Virus record (IMG/VR): IMGVR_UViG_3300031420_000003
Span: 184,417 to 248,416 of that record
DNA length: 64,000 nucleotides
Origin: a virus
Strand: one strand, 5' to 3'
Part shown: in pieces, positions 50,440 through 60,190 of the stretch
Numbering within the stretch: the first letter of the stretch is position 1
How the letters are laid out: the number at the start of each line of letters is the position of its first letter
Notes under the pieces: generated by a model
Seen by the model: only the letters and a program-made list of their open reading frames with translations
Database searches by the model: none
What the model was told of the DNA's origin: nothing
Made by a program: the position numbers and the translations under genes

Positions 50440-52711
50440 CCTCGTCGTCCTCGTCTTCTTCCTCGTCTTCCCACAGCTCTTCACCGTCGTCGGCAGCACG
50501 CAGTTGCTCCATGACATCTTCGATAGAGGCTCCGTAGTAGTCTGACAACAGACGCGTACGGTTCTTATCAATCATGAACACACCCAAGCACTCCAGCGCA
50601 TGGTAATAAGGTTCTACGGTTGCGAACGCAGAACGGCGAACATCTGCTACGGAGCTAAGATCTTCTGGCAGACCGAAGTTCTCAATCAGGTAGCCCGGGA
50701 TAACCAATGTGGTATATTTGCGATAGTTGGTTTCTTCAAACCAAGCCTTCGCGCCGTTTTTGATAATCGGGTCTTTAATGCTTTCCAGCCAGTCGTTGAT
50801 TGCGGTTTTGTTCTGGAGGTTAACCGGAAGCTTCACGCAGTCGTACGGTGGTTCTGGTAACATGCCATACTTCGGTCCGAAGATGGTGTTGTACATGCGA
50901 TGGTAGTGGTATTGCTTCTCGTCACCGGTATAGGCCGAACGGTCTTTGATGTTCGTGGTTTTCAAGAAGTCACCGTTACCGGCTTTGATGGAGTCCATTA
51001 CATTGTGTTCGATGCTGGCCACTTTCTCCAGCAGGTCCACAATCTTAATCTTCTCACCGGCTGCTACCTGCACACACAACTGCTTAATGGTTTTCTTGAA
51101 CTCACGCATGATGATAGGCGGGATGTTCGAGGTACGCAGGGATACCCCTTTGACTTCGAGTTCCGGCTCTTTCTTCAGCTGACCTTCCTGCCCCGTGATA
51201 ATGGAGAAGTAGTGCTTTGCTTTGGTGGTCAAGGCAAACGAGTCAAACTTATACTCGTTCTTCATGGCGTACAGGAACAGGCGTTTCTTCGCCACGCCTA
51301 AGTTCACCGACATGCTGGCCATCAGGTGACGCAGGTGCTGCGTTGCGATGTAGATCATGGCATCCGATACACGGGTCGCCTCTTCACCGTAATGCTTGCC
51401 TGTGAACCACTGTGCCCACCACTGTGCAGTCATCATGGTGGAGTCCGTATCTGATACCACACCCACGTTACGAATCACATCAGGCAGACGCGCGATGTTG
51501 ATTGGCAGGTTCTTGGTGGTCAGGACGTTTTTGATAAGGCAGCTGTATTCACCGATGGTCTTTTGCAGGAACAACGCCGAGCGAATCAGCTCTTTGTATT
51601 TGTCCTGTACTTCCCACGGCAATGGCACCTTGGTCTCGTCGTTAATCAACTTAACGTCTTTGAACGATTTACCCTTTGGCACGATATCTGTACGGAACTG
51701 GGAGATGATGATTTTCATGTCCCCGTCTACAGATTTCTCAGCGGCTTTCCAGTCTGTGATTTCTTCTTCACAGGCCATGTCCTTGGAAATCAAGGCACCG
51801 ATGAAGCCACGCATGAATTCGTCGTTGTATTTCGCCAGATGGAAGAAGTCACCCATGTAGACGAAGGCCGCACGCGCCATGTCGTGTGTGCGTTCAACGT
51901 AGTGACGAATCTTCGCCATGTTCTCTTCTGAGCGCCAGTAATCCTTCGCTGAGTATTCGATGACTTCCATGGTTTCATCAACCGTCGGCACATGCAGACC
52001 GTATTTGTCCATGCACGCTTTGAACTCAACGAAGTCGGTGAGTGTCGAGATGCTGAGGAAGTGGTCGATAACACGCGAGGCATTATCGTAGTGACGACGA
52101 CCGCCCAGCAGACGTTCGTTACCGGCGTTACCAAACGAGGTCGCCGTACGGCACGTCGATGTCAGTGTAGAGTGCGCTGACTGGTTAAAGAGAATGGTGT
52201 ACGGTGAGGAGAAGGCACCTGACATCCCGTTGTTCAGGGTTTTAACGGCGTTCTGCTCGTTCTTTTTGTTGGTACCCAGAACCGGATTACCGGCGGCGTA
52301 GGCATCCTGCATCTCACCTTTGATCACGCCACGTTTACGCACGTTATCGGCGGTAAACTCGGAAAGCTTAGAACGCTTTGCCGTCTCTGGCATGTAGAAG
52401 GTTAACGACGGTGCAAAGATAATGTCCTTTTCGATAACCTTACGGAATAACTTATCAACCGTGGTGTATTTCTCTTCACGGTCACCTGTGTTGGGGTTAC
52501 GCACCCACATCTTACAGGTCGGGTAGCTATGCTGTAGCTCACCCTCGGGCCCGAACATGCTATTAAGCTGTTCGCGGATATACTCTTCGGTGTATTCCCC
52601 GCCGAGCATGGTAAAGATATAATGGGCAACTTGTTGCAGGTACGCGTCTTGAATATCAATATCACGGTCGTACTCGTCTTCCGTTAGCCGGAAGGGTTCT
52701 TGGTAGCTCAC
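50420..52711 (-). CDS. Split family-B DNA polymerase, polymerase subunit (phiKZ gp50-like)
   Basis: Motif B QNAVKTLNNGMSG, motif C VVSDTDS, KAKHY and EVKGV; acidic tail. Confidence 0.88.
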   Translation of the reverse strand: MSYQEPFRLTEDEYDRDIDIQDAYLQQVAHYIFTMLGGEYTEEYIREQLNSMFGPEGELQHSYPTCKMWVRNPNTGDREEKYTTVDKLFRKVIEKDIIFAPSLTFYMPETAKRSKLSEFTADNVRKRGVIKGEMQDAYAAGNPVLGTNKKNEQNAVKTLNNGMSGAFSSPYTILFNQSAHSTLTSTCRTATSFGNAGNERLLGGRRHYDNASRVIDHFLSISTLTDFVEFKACMDKYGLHVPTVDETMEVIEYSAKDYWRSEENMAKIRHYVERTHDMARAAFVYMGDFFHLAKYNDEFMRGFIGALISKDMACEEEITDWKAAEKSVDGDMKIIISQFRTDIVPKGKSFKDVKLINDETKVPLPWEVQDKYKELIRSALFLQKTIGEYSCLIKNVLTTKNLPINIARLPDVIRNVGVVSDTDSTMMTAQWWAQWFTGKHYGEEATRVSDAMIYIATQHLRHLMASMSVNLGVAKKRLFLYAMKNEYKFDSFALTTKAKHYFSIITGQEGQLKKEPELEVKGVSLRTSNIPPIIMREFKKTIKQLCVQVAAGEKIKIVDLLEKVASIEHNVMDSIKAGNGDFLKTTNIKDRSAYTGDEKQYHYHRMYNTIFGPKYGMLPEPPYDCVKLPVNLQNKTAINDWLESIKDPIIKNGAKAWFEETNYRKYTTLVIPGYLIENFGLPEDLSSVADVRRSAFATVEPYYHALECLGVFMIDKNRTRLLSDYYGASIEDVMEQLRAADDGEELWEDEEEDEDDEDAIDED

Positions 52712-52759
52712 GGCTAACTCCTGTCCAAGTCTTCATCTATAATAGATAACGCTGCTGTG

Positions 52760-52800
52760 AAAAAAAAAAGAAGAACCTACCGCCGAAGCGGTAGGTCTTT
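52760..52800 (-). terminator. Rho-independent terminator
   Basis: ACCTACCGC-TTCG-GCGGTAGGT hairpin then T run. Confidence 0.8.
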
Positions 52801-52801
52801 C

Positions 52802-53212
52802 TTAACCGGCCATGTTGTCAACGATTTCGTATTTGACATCGCTGAAACCACGGGCAGCCAGAGCTTTGGTCATGAGGTCAAGCTCATCGCGGTTATCCAA
52901 GGTCACGGTAAAGTTCACTTGGAGGTTCTTGATGATTTTGACTTCACGGAGCCACACGTCAGCCGCGACATGTAACTTGTTCTGGCTATCGGTGTAGAGC
53001 AGGAACAAGCTCTTCTCGATTTTGTTCTCAGGCTTACTGACCAGTGTCGAGTAGATGTTGTTGTGCTTAACGCGAACATCCTCTGTCTTCTGTGCCTGAT
53101 TGTAACCGATGTAACCCTGCACCACGACGCGGGACTCCTGTGCCAGAGCCTCCGTATCGTAGATGAGGTTAACCACTTGTCCCGGTTCGAACTGCTTAAC
53201 ATCAACTGTCAT
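52802..53212 (-). CDS. Conserved hypothetical protein
   Basis: Probable start MTVDVK at 53212. Confidence 0.6.
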   Translation of the reverse strand: MTVDVKQFEPGQVVNLIYDTEALAQESRVVVQGYIGYNQAQKTEDVRVKHNNIYSTLVSKPENKIEKSLFLLYTDSQNKLHVAADVWLREVKIIKNLQVNFTVTLDNRDELDLMTKALAARGFSDVKYEIVDNMAG

Positions 53213-53816
53213 TTTCGCCCTCTTCAACTTCAATGAGCATTTTCATGTCCAGCATCGCTGTGTCCAACCGACCCGCATCCACCTTCACACGAATCGCTTT
53301 GATGCGATGACGATGGGCTTTGGTGAACATCTCCAAAGTGTCGCCGAATTCGTTAAAGATGATTTGAGACAGGTCTTGGCCAAAGCGGCTGATGGTGAAT
53401 GAGACAATGCCGTCCACCACATCGAAGTTCCCCTTGTTCATCTCCTGACAGATTTCCGCTACCGGTTCCAGTTCATGGAAGATGTGGTCATTGACCTCAC
53501 CCTCATCAAACTTGGAGCGAAACTTCCACTGGCGATGTTCACGGAGCACCTTCGCCAAAAACTCCTTGAGCTGTGACCGCTGACTAGCCGGCCAGTGCAC
53601 AGGAACTTTGGATTTGGCGGACAGCACTAAGCCATCGTAAGCGGAGTCGAACAAAGCCTCTGGCGTGAAGTTGATGGGGTTCACTTCAAGCGAGAAAGGT
53701 GCAAGACCTTTAATCACGTCGTTCACAGCCTGCAGAAAATCCTGACCGTGATCGATATATCCCACAACGCCTAAATCGATTGAGTAGGCCTGCGGGGCGA
53801 GCACTCTGTACACCAT
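53202..53816 (-). CDS. Hypothetical protein
   Basis: 204 aa, GAGGAG SD. Confidence 0.65.
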   Translation of the reverse strand: MVYRVLAPQAYSIDLGVVGYIDHGQDFLQAVNDVIKGLAPFSLEVNPINFTPEALFDSAYDGLVLSAKSKVPVHWPASQRSQLKEFLAKVLREHRQWKFRSKFDEGEVNDHIFHELEPVAEICQEMNKGNFDVVDGIVSFTISRFGQDLSQIIFNEFGDTLEMFTKAHRHRIKAIRVKVDAGRLDTAMLDMKMLIEVEEGENDS

Positions 53817-53825
53817 GCTTACTCC

Positions 53826-54281
53826 TCAAACTTCAATAAGGATGTATGCCGTCCTTATCTCGTTCATTTCTAATTTGACCTTCACCGTGTCGGCAAACGC
53901 TTCATAGGTTAAGCCTGCATTGGCTCGAGCGGCTTCGGCGAGTTGTAGCAGGTGCTGGACCCGAATCAAACTATCTTCGCTTAAGCCTTCCGACCACCAC
54001 CACTCATCGATATTGTCTTTCAACTCAATCCACGTATCAGGTGAGATACCTGATTGACGCAGTAACCGGAGCACCTTAGAGACGTCCGGTCGGGTGTAGG
54101 TCAGAAAACCTACCCCGTGACATTTATTCATAACCACAGCCTCTAAACACTCGCGGGCATATTCGCTCACGAAGATGTAGAAGAGTTCTGCGGTGCCGGC
54201 CGATAAGCGACTCATCCGAGTGAGTGCTTTCTGCATCGGTTCGGGGTTATAAATGTCCGCCAAGCTGAGGTATAGTCGCAT
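53826..54281 (-). CDS. Hypothetical protein
   Basis: Probable start MRLYLS at 54281. Confidence 0.55.
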   Translation of the reverse strand: MRLYLSLADIYNPEPMQKALTRMSRLSAGTAELFYIFVSEYARECLEAVVMNKCHGVGFLTYTRPDVSKVLRLLRQSGISPDTWIELKDNIDEWWWSEGLSEDSLIRVQHLLQLAEAARANAGLTYEAFADTVKVKLEMNEIRTAYILIEV

Positions 54282-54816
54282 CGCATTCCACCACCAAATT
54301 AAAGTAATCGTCACCAAAGTAGCGTTGCATCTCGCCGGGAAGCAAACTGTCAAACAAAGCAAAGAGCCCGGTTTGCGTTTCCATCTCATTGGTGAAGAGA
54401 TCCAGAACAACCTGCATCGCTATTTGATGCTGCTCGTCTGTACCATAACTGTTAGGGAAAGTCTGTAAAGAATCCGTCACAAGCGCGAACTCATCTTGGG
54501 TGATGAACAGCATCGGCTTGGTCAGGTTGTCAATAATCGCATCCAGTCCTTTGTCTTCTTGGACTTGCCAATCCCCAACCGGGTCATGGGTATCTTCGAA
54601 CAACAAATCGACCAGCGTGTCAACGCTACGGGCTTTCGTGGCGAGGGCATAAGCAAACGCGTACTTCTGATAGAGGGCTATGACCGCCTCGTCAGTTTCC
54701 ACGAAGTTCAAATGCGACTTGTCCACGATTTGATAGATGTGCTCACGAACATGTTCGTAGAGTTTATCCACCCCGTAGCCTTTGACGATGTCAAGCATAT
54801 CGTAAAGACCACGCAT
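54247..54816 (-). CDS. Hypothetical protein
   Basis: 189 aa acidic ORF, TGATG coupling. Confidence 0.6.
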   Translation of the reverse strand: MRGLYDMLDIVKGYGVDKLYEHVREHIYQIVDKSHLNFVETDEAVIALYQKYAFAYALATKARSVDTLVDLLFEDTHDPVGDWQVQEDKGLDAIIDNLTKPMLFITQDEFALVTDSLQTFPNSYGTDEQHQIAMQVVLDLFTNEMETQTGLFALFDSLLPGEMQRYFGDDYFNLVVECDATIPQLGGHL

Positions 54817-55322
54817 CAGATTTTCAGGCCTCCACCCAGTGAGCCAATCAACTCCATTACGACGTTCATCATAACAGGGGAGATTTGTTCCAGTGTTTGC
54901 TGGTTCTCCAGCTCCGGGTATTTGATTTGGCTAAAGTTCACCATCATCTCAACCGCGTCAGGCATCAGGTTACTGTACCGCGCCCCACAGAACTGCGGGA
55001 AGCGAGTAATCCAGAATGCTGACTCCGACAGGGCCGCGACGTAGAGTTTGGCAACATCTTGTATTGCGCGTCCATACGTCAGTAGCGATTCACCCTCAAT
55101 GGTGATACCCCGCGCGTTGAGTTCTCGTGAAACAAACTGCATGGAATTCGGCAGCGTGTACTCAAGCTGACCGACACTGCCCTCTTGGACAAACGAGATG
55201 GCCAGATTAATGATGTTGTTCACATCGGTGTTAATCTCGCGCAGAATCGAATTGGGATCGAACTCGGTTAGAGGGCCAGCATTGTATTGGTAGTTGTGGA
55301 TAAGGAAGTATTGTTCAGACAT
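54816..55322 (-). CDS. Hypothetical protein
   Basis: Probable start MSEQYF at 55322. Confidence 0.6.
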   Translation of the reverse strand: MSEQYFLIHNYQYNAGPLTEFDPNSILREINTDVNNIINLAISFVQEGSVGQLEYTLPNSMQFVSRELNARGITIEGESLLTYGRAIQDVAKLYVAALSESAFWITRFPQFCGARYSNLMPDAVEMMVNFSQIKYPELENQQTLEQISPVMMNVVMELIGSLGGGLKI

Positions 55323-55699
55323 GGCACGTACCCCAGGGTTAATATTTTCCAGACACCCGAACCCAGACTCCACATCCAAGGTTCGCCTGTAACTGAGAAA
55401 GTGACTTCTTCTTCGACCGCATGCCACACCTTCGGTTCATTCACCATGTGATGAATGACGTTATGGTTGGTGAAATAATCCGTGACCAGCGGATGTTCCC
55501 ACACTTGGCAGTAAACCCATGTACGGGCTTGGTTGTCGCTAATCGGTAATTGGCGACGACGTATCTCCATCAGGATAAACTGCTGGGCATAATAGTCGAT
55601 CAACTCAGTCGAGTCTTGATACTCAAGATGAGTGAATCGACGCACCACGGCCATGATTTCCTTATACAACTCCGGCGTGTGCAGGAGAATAGTAATCAT
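55268..55699 (-). CDS. Hypothetical protein
   Basis: 143 aa, GAGGA SD. Confidence 0.55.
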   Translation of the reverse strand: MITILLHTPELYKEIMAVVRRFTHLEYQDSTELIDYYAQQFILMEIRRRQLPISDNQARTWVYCQVWEHPLVTDYFTNHNVIHHMVNEPKVWHAVEEEVTFSVTGEPWMWSLGSGVWKILTLGYVPCLNNTSLSTTTNTMLAL

Positions 55700-56105
55700 A
55701 ACCGTTTTCCTCTAGAGGAATGTAGTAAATGAATTCACCTTGACGTTTGAGTAATAACCGATAGCCTTTCGGTGGCACTGCCAATTCCTCACACAACACC
55801 TCGCGTACAGTGCGGGTGATATGAAAGGATTCGAGAAGTGTTGTCCGAGGACGCGACGCACGACACAGTAACAGCACATGACGCGCATCCCACATCCCGT
55901 GTGGGCTAAAGGTATCAATCAGGTAATCCAAGACGTCGAGGATAGTTTGCCGGATAGCAACTTGGCAATCATATCCCGTGGTCAGGATGTCCGTCTTCAG
56001 CAGACTCTCGTAAGCCCTGAACGTCACGAACTTCAGACTCGTGACCCTCACGGTATCGTCCACCGGGGAATGCCTTACGGAAGTGGATATGTCGAATGTC
56101 TTCAC
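55662..56105 (-). CDS. Hypothetical protein
   Basis: 147 aa, overlaps both neighbours. Confidence 0.45.
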   Translation of the reverse strand: MKTFDISTSVRHSPVDDTVRVTSLKFVTFRAYESLLKTDILTTGYDCQVAIRQTILDVLDYLIDTFSPHGMWDARHVLLLCRASRPRTTLLESFHITRTVREVLCEELAVPPKGYRLLLKRQGEFIYYIPLEENGYDYYSPAHAGVV

Positions 56106-56646
56106 CGAGTATTAACTCCAGAGTTAATAAGCGCCCGTTCCGACTGATGAGTGGATTGAGCGTAACCGTTGCGTACGGATTGAATCGAAGCTCCAGACGA
56201 CGACAAGCTGAACGGATAAGCCGCTCTACCCCGTCACGGAAGGCCAAGAACATATCATCAAACGCAAGCTGTACTAAACACTCGGTCGACATCAACACAG
56301 CACGTTGACGTTCGACTTGACCCGTTGGCGTAACACCCAGAATACTTTCCTGAGTAGTCATGGTTTTCGTGACGAGCATCTCGGGGGGTTCAACCACACC
56401 GTATGTCACCAGATACGCGTTGAGTTGTTCCTGATTGGCAAACGGTGCAAGCAGGTCTTCAAAGTTCGCATTCTTCATGATAGGGATGGAGAGGAAGATA
56501 TCCTCCAATGCTGTGTGTAAGAATTGGAGTGTTAACTTTTGGCGTTCACCCTCAGTCAGGGTTAAGCATCGGCCGTAAGGGGATAGGCTGATTGGTTCCC
56601 AGATCTGATTATGGACATCAATTGGTTCGATGTGTAGTTTGACCAC
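55969..56646 (-). CDS. Hypothetical protein
   Basis: 225 aa, GTG start. Confidence 0.55.
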   Translation of the reverse strand: MVKLHIEPIDVHNQIWEPISLSPYGRCLTLTEGERQKLTLQFLHTALEDIFLSIPIMKNANFEDLLAPFANQEQLNAYLVTYGVVEPPEMLVTKTMTTQESILGVTPTGQVERQRAVLMSTECLVQLAFDDMFLAFRDGVERLIRSACRRLELRFNPYATVTLNPLISRNGRLLTLELILGEDIRHIHFRKAFPGGRYREGHESEVRDVQGLRESAEDGHPDHGI

Positions 56647-56873
56647 GTTAGTACAACCCCATTGCTAAAGTAAAACGGCTGATAATGATTTCGGCCAAGC
56701 GAGTACAACATATACCATGCAGAACTACCGAAGTAGCGCTCAGCATGCTTAAGCACAGTGCTTGGAATGTCGGGATGCATTCCCGGATAAAGCAGTTCCT
56801 GCATCGCGTTGACAAGCAACTGTGGCGTGCAGAGATTCTGTTGTTGGTACAGCTCGAACACGACATGGGTCAC
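56562..56873 (-). CDS. Hypothetical protein, first gene of the early operon
   Basis: 103 aa; AAGGAG SD; promoter motif upstream. Confidence 0.55.
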   Translation of the reverse strand: MTHVVFELYQQQNLCTPQLLVNAMQELLYPGMHPDIPSTVLKHAERYFGSSAWYMLYSLGRNHYQPFYFSNGVVLTWSNYTSNQLMSIIRSGNQSAYPLTADA

Positions 56874-56895
56874 ATTAGATACTCCTTACGATTAA

Positions 56896-56916
56896 TCATG
56901 GTGATAATATCTATCT
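56896..56916 (-). promoter_or_regulatory. Putative early promoter motif
   Basis: AGATAGATATTAT-CACC-ATGA. Confidence 0.75.
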
Positions 56917-57038
56917 AAATCTTTTTTACCTTGTGTCATGCCGCACAGAATAGCACTGTAATGTAATTTTAGTATACATAGGTACTGACCCTTAGCCTTT
57001 TGCTATGGTGGCCGCAAAACGTTTCTGAGGAGCGTAAA

Positions 57039-57851
57039 ATGAATGTGTTAGATGCTTGCCTACGCCGCATTCGTCGCAAAATCCCAGAGCCAATTCTTCG
57101 GGCCGCTTTTGTCCCGGAAAATATCAGGCTCTTAGGTATTGCCAGCAGCGTTGATAATGAAATCATGAACCGCGTGCTGCGTGAGTATGTTATTCCTGAA
57201 GTGGCCCGTATCGGTCAGTACATGGAAATCGACTTAACTTCCGCCACGTACGAACCCGACCCCATTGACCAATACAGCCGCGTCTATTTCATCGATGAGC
57301 AAATCACCGGTGGACGTGAACTGGTTGCCGCACACGTTGCAGTAACCCCGGTTGCCGGTCAGGCCTATACGTTACCCCCAGCCGGTTCTTATCTGGACGG
57401 TGTCTCATCAGGTGTACTGGCGTCGGTTAACAAAGTCGTGGACAGTAACTCGGCCATGCCGCGTATCTCATCTGCAGAGGTGCGCATTGCCGGCCCCAAT
57501 GCCATTGTGATTAAAGACCCGGGGATGTTCGTTTATGCAACGAAGATTATGGCGCAGTTTGCCATGACCGAAGAGCTGAACGAAATCAAACCGGCTTTCT
57601 TCCCGGTGATTGAGGAGCTGGCTGAGTTCGCCTGTAAGAGTTACGTCTACAACAAACTCATCTTCGACATGGATGCCGGTCAGTTACAGAACGGTATGCA
57701 GTTCGGTGCGTTTGCAACCGTAATTGAAGGTTACTCCGATGCGGGTCAGATGTTTGATGACACCGTACCCAAAGTGCGTCGTTGCATGGTTCACAACGAT
57801 GACATCGGTGACCGTTTCAACTACATGTCCGGTGGTCGTTTCACCGCGTAA
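57039..57851 (+). CDS. Conserved protein, probably virion structural
   Basis: ATG at 57039 with GAGGAG SD; TATG upstream; followed by a terminator. Confidence 0.65.
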   Translation: MNVLDACLRRIRRKIPEPILRAAFVPENIRLLGIASSVDNEIMNRVLREYVIPEVARIGQYMEIDLTSATYEPDPIDQYSRVYFIDEQITGGRELVAAHVAVTPVAGQAYTLPPAGSYLDGVSSGVLASVNKVVDSNSAMPRISSAEVRIAGPNAIVIKDPGMFVYATKIMAQFAMTEELNEIKPAFFPVIEELAEFACKSYVYNKLIFDMDAGQLQNGMQFGAFATVIEGYSDAGQMFDDTVPKVRRCMVHNDDIGDRFNYMSGGRFTA

Positions 57852-57853
57852 GT

Positions 57854-57889
57854 CCTGCCCGCCGAAAGGTGGGCAGTCTTTTCTTTTTT
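57854..57889 (+). terminator. Rho-independent terminator
   Basis: CTGCCCGCC-GAAA-GGTGGGCAG then T-rich tail. Confidence 0.8.
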
Positions 57890-57932
57890 AATGCAAAAAA
57901 TAAAAGCGTGTTGACCTGCCCGAAGACAGGTC

Positions 57933-58151
57933 TCACATGCGGGTGTATTTTAACATTGCTGTTGTGTAATAGTTATAAACTCGGTGAAAGATATCGGCCA
58001 GCAACAAACTTATCAACGCCCCAATACAGGTCGCAATAAACGGTCGCTCTGGATTCAGTAACCGAAAGCCAATCGGAACAGTGATTATCGCAGTCAGGAA
58101 AAAACTGAACACTCCCCAAACGAACATCACTTTCAAAGTACGCACAAACAC
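57933..58151 (-). CDS. Small membrane protein (2 predicted TM helices)
   Basis: Two hydrophobic stretches; GAGGAG SD. Confidence 0.55.
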   Translation of the reverse strand: MFVRTLKVMFVWGVFSFFLTAIITVPIGFRLLNPERPFIATCIGALISLLLADIFHRVYNYYTTAMLKYTRM

Positions 58152-58200
58152 TCCTCGGTCAGTAGAAATAAGATAACCCTGCCCGGAAGCAGGGTCTTAC

Positions 58201-58587
58201 TTAACCGGGCTGAAAAATATCTTTAAGGTGTGCAGTGGTACCGTGCTGCCACGCCACACCCTCACGCACGATAGCTTCCTGAGCGTTGATGACTCGACGC
58301 AAAGAGATAACGTGCTCTGCCGCACCGGCGATAGGATACCGCGGGGGCACAGTTGCTTGACGTACGAATTGGGTAACGTCTTCACAACCGTCTGTTTCAG
58401 ACCAGTCAATGGTGGCCCCTTTCGGGATATCCATTGGTTGGGTATTGTCAGCTTCATCTGGGTGCAAAGCAAAACCCCACTGAATAGAATTCAGGAGTTC
58501 TTTGTCCAGTTCTGACGTTGGCTCAATATTAGCCAAAGAATCCGGATGGGCGCGGATAACGTCCATCGGTCGAACTTTGATGCTCAT
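58201..58587 (-). CDS. Hypothetical protein
   Basis: ATG at 58587 with AAGGAG SD. Confidence 0.6.
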   Translation of the reverse strand: MSIKVRPMDVIRAHPDSLANIEPTSELDKELLNSIQWGFALHPDEADNTQPMDIPKGATIDWSETDGCEDVTQFVRQATVPPRYPIAGAAEHVISLRRVINAQEAIVREGVAWQHGTTAHLKDIFQPG

Positions 58588-58656
58588 GATAAAGGTCTCC
58601 TTGAGAGAAGCTACAGCACACACTTCCCTATAATGAGACCGGGTGCCGTAAAAAAC

Positions 58657-59055
58657 TTAGTGGACGTTCTCGATACGGTTACCCGTAGCGTAGGCCATGG
58701 AATGGATGCAGTCCGTTACGATAGCAAATACTTCATCACAAGGAATCGCACGATCGACCAATGCCTGTGCCATAGAGGCAAAGAACCGCACACCCACTTT
58801 TGGGTTGTTGCGCATGGCACCGGCTTCGGCTGTGGAAATGTTGTACTGTGTGGTGTAAACCGGAACATCAGCACCTTCACGCATGGCCATCTCATCGCTG
58901 AGCTTCAGGCCGGCAATCCAGCTTTGGAACATAGGCAGTGTGCCCATGACTTCCATTACGTCAGATTGAATTTCATCGATGCGTGAGCGTTCGATAAAGT
59001 CGTTTGGTTTGATGCCGTTTTCCAGTAATTCAAAAAAGCTAGATGTGGTTTGCAT
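58657..59055 (-). CDS. Hypothetical protein
   Basis: 132 aa, AGGAG SD. Confidence 0.6.
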   Translation of the reverse strand: MQTTSSFFELLENGIKPNDFIERSRIDEIQSDVMEVMGTLPMFQSWIAGLKLSDEMAMREGADVPVYTTQYNISTAEAGAMRNNPKVGVRFFASMAQALVDRAIPCDEVFAIVTDCIHSMAYATGNRIENVH

Positions 59056-59137
59056 TGAGGTCTCCTATCGCCTTCTATAAGAAATCATGCATGAAGTAAA
59101 AAAAGAAAAAAAAAGAGCCCGAAGGCTCTTTCTCTTA

Positions 59138-60190
59138 TTACACTTTAAAGAATGTCCGTGCACCCATAACCCACTCCTCTTCGGTGTGGACGGCACGGAG
59201 TTCTTTAGGCACAAACAACATTGGCTTGATAAGCACCGTACCCGGTCCAGAGATGTAGGGCACATCCACAAAGAAAGCCGGCAAGCTTCCTTGTAATGCC
59301 GTCGCCTCAAGTTGTGCCGCGCCGTTAACGAAATGCTCCCCATCAACAATGAGAATCCTCCCGCCCTCCAGATACACACCGGGAATAAACTCATTCGTGC
59401 GAATACCAATGTGGTTTGGATTTTGCATGATGCGAATCACATGGCTACGGAAGGACTGGTCTTTCTGTGGATAGAGTTCGCAGAGCTTGCCGAGGGCGAA
59501 GGCCAAGCGGTGTGAGTCGCAGTGCAGGTACTTAGTAAAGCACAGACGTTCTGGATTGAGGTTCCAGCCATTCTGCAGTGTGTGGTTGCTGTGACACACG
59601 GCCGCCATGGTGAACAGTGTAGCGATGGACTGGTACGCATCCTCGGTATACCGCTCAAGGTTGCGGGGCAGGTAGCCGCTATCAGCATTGATGTCGTACA
59701 CGTCTTGCTTGGCATCCATCTCTGCAATGCGGGTAGCGAGGGGTCCGCGTTTGATGCGCAGATTCTCACCGATGTACTCAAGCTGACGAGGCCCGCCTTC
59801 AAACGCATCGGTTGAGCTGCGCCATAACCCATCACCGAAGTGACGCACGAACTCCAATGACCAAACCGTAGCATGGAGTGTCGGGCTGCGGTACTCCAAG
59901 AACTCATTGTCGGTGAACTGGAAGACGGTACGGCCTTTGGCATAACCGGCGAACTGTAAGGAGATAGCATTGGTACGTTTGTACTGCTGCATGTCCTTGA
60001 CGATGGCGTAGGCTTTCCAGAACTCGAGGTTAGCCCGTGGTAATGCATAGCCTGCCATACCGAACTGACGCGGTAACCAGAGGCGAATATTTCTGGCTTG
60101 CTGGAACGTGTAGCCTAATCCCTGTAAGCCGCTCAGTGCATCAATCTTAGGTGCACCACTGCGGGTATTACTGAAGTGACGATTTTTCAT
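59138..60190 (-). CDS. Protein with C-terminal ParB/Srx-like domain
   Basis: 350 aa; PGVYLEGGRILIVDGEHF..GAAQL..LPAFFVD resembles the ParB-N signature. Confidence 0.55.
   Translation of the reverse strand: MKNRHFSNTRSGAPKIDALSGLQGLGYTFQQARNIRLWLPRQFGMAGYALPRANLEFWKAYAIVKDMQQYKRTNAISLQFAGYAKGRTVFQFTDNEFLEYRSPTLHATVWSLEFVRHFGDGLWRSSTDAFEGGPRQLEYIGENLRIKRGPLATRIAEMDAKQDVYDINADSGYLPRNLERYTEDAYQSIATLFTMAAVCHSNHTLQNGWNLNPERLCFTKYLHCDSHRLAFALGKLCELYPQKDQSFRSHVIRIMQNPNHIGIRTNEFIPGVYLEGGRILIVDGEHFVNGAAQLEATALQGSLPAFFVDVPYISGPGTVLIKPMLFVPKELRAVHTEEEWVMGARTFFKV

Noticed and set aside
4177-59134. Recurrent hairpins with CCGAAG/CTTCGG loops as a repeat family
   Set aside because: Stems differ in sequence and sit at gene ends with T runs, so they are ordinary UUCG-loop intrinsic terminators
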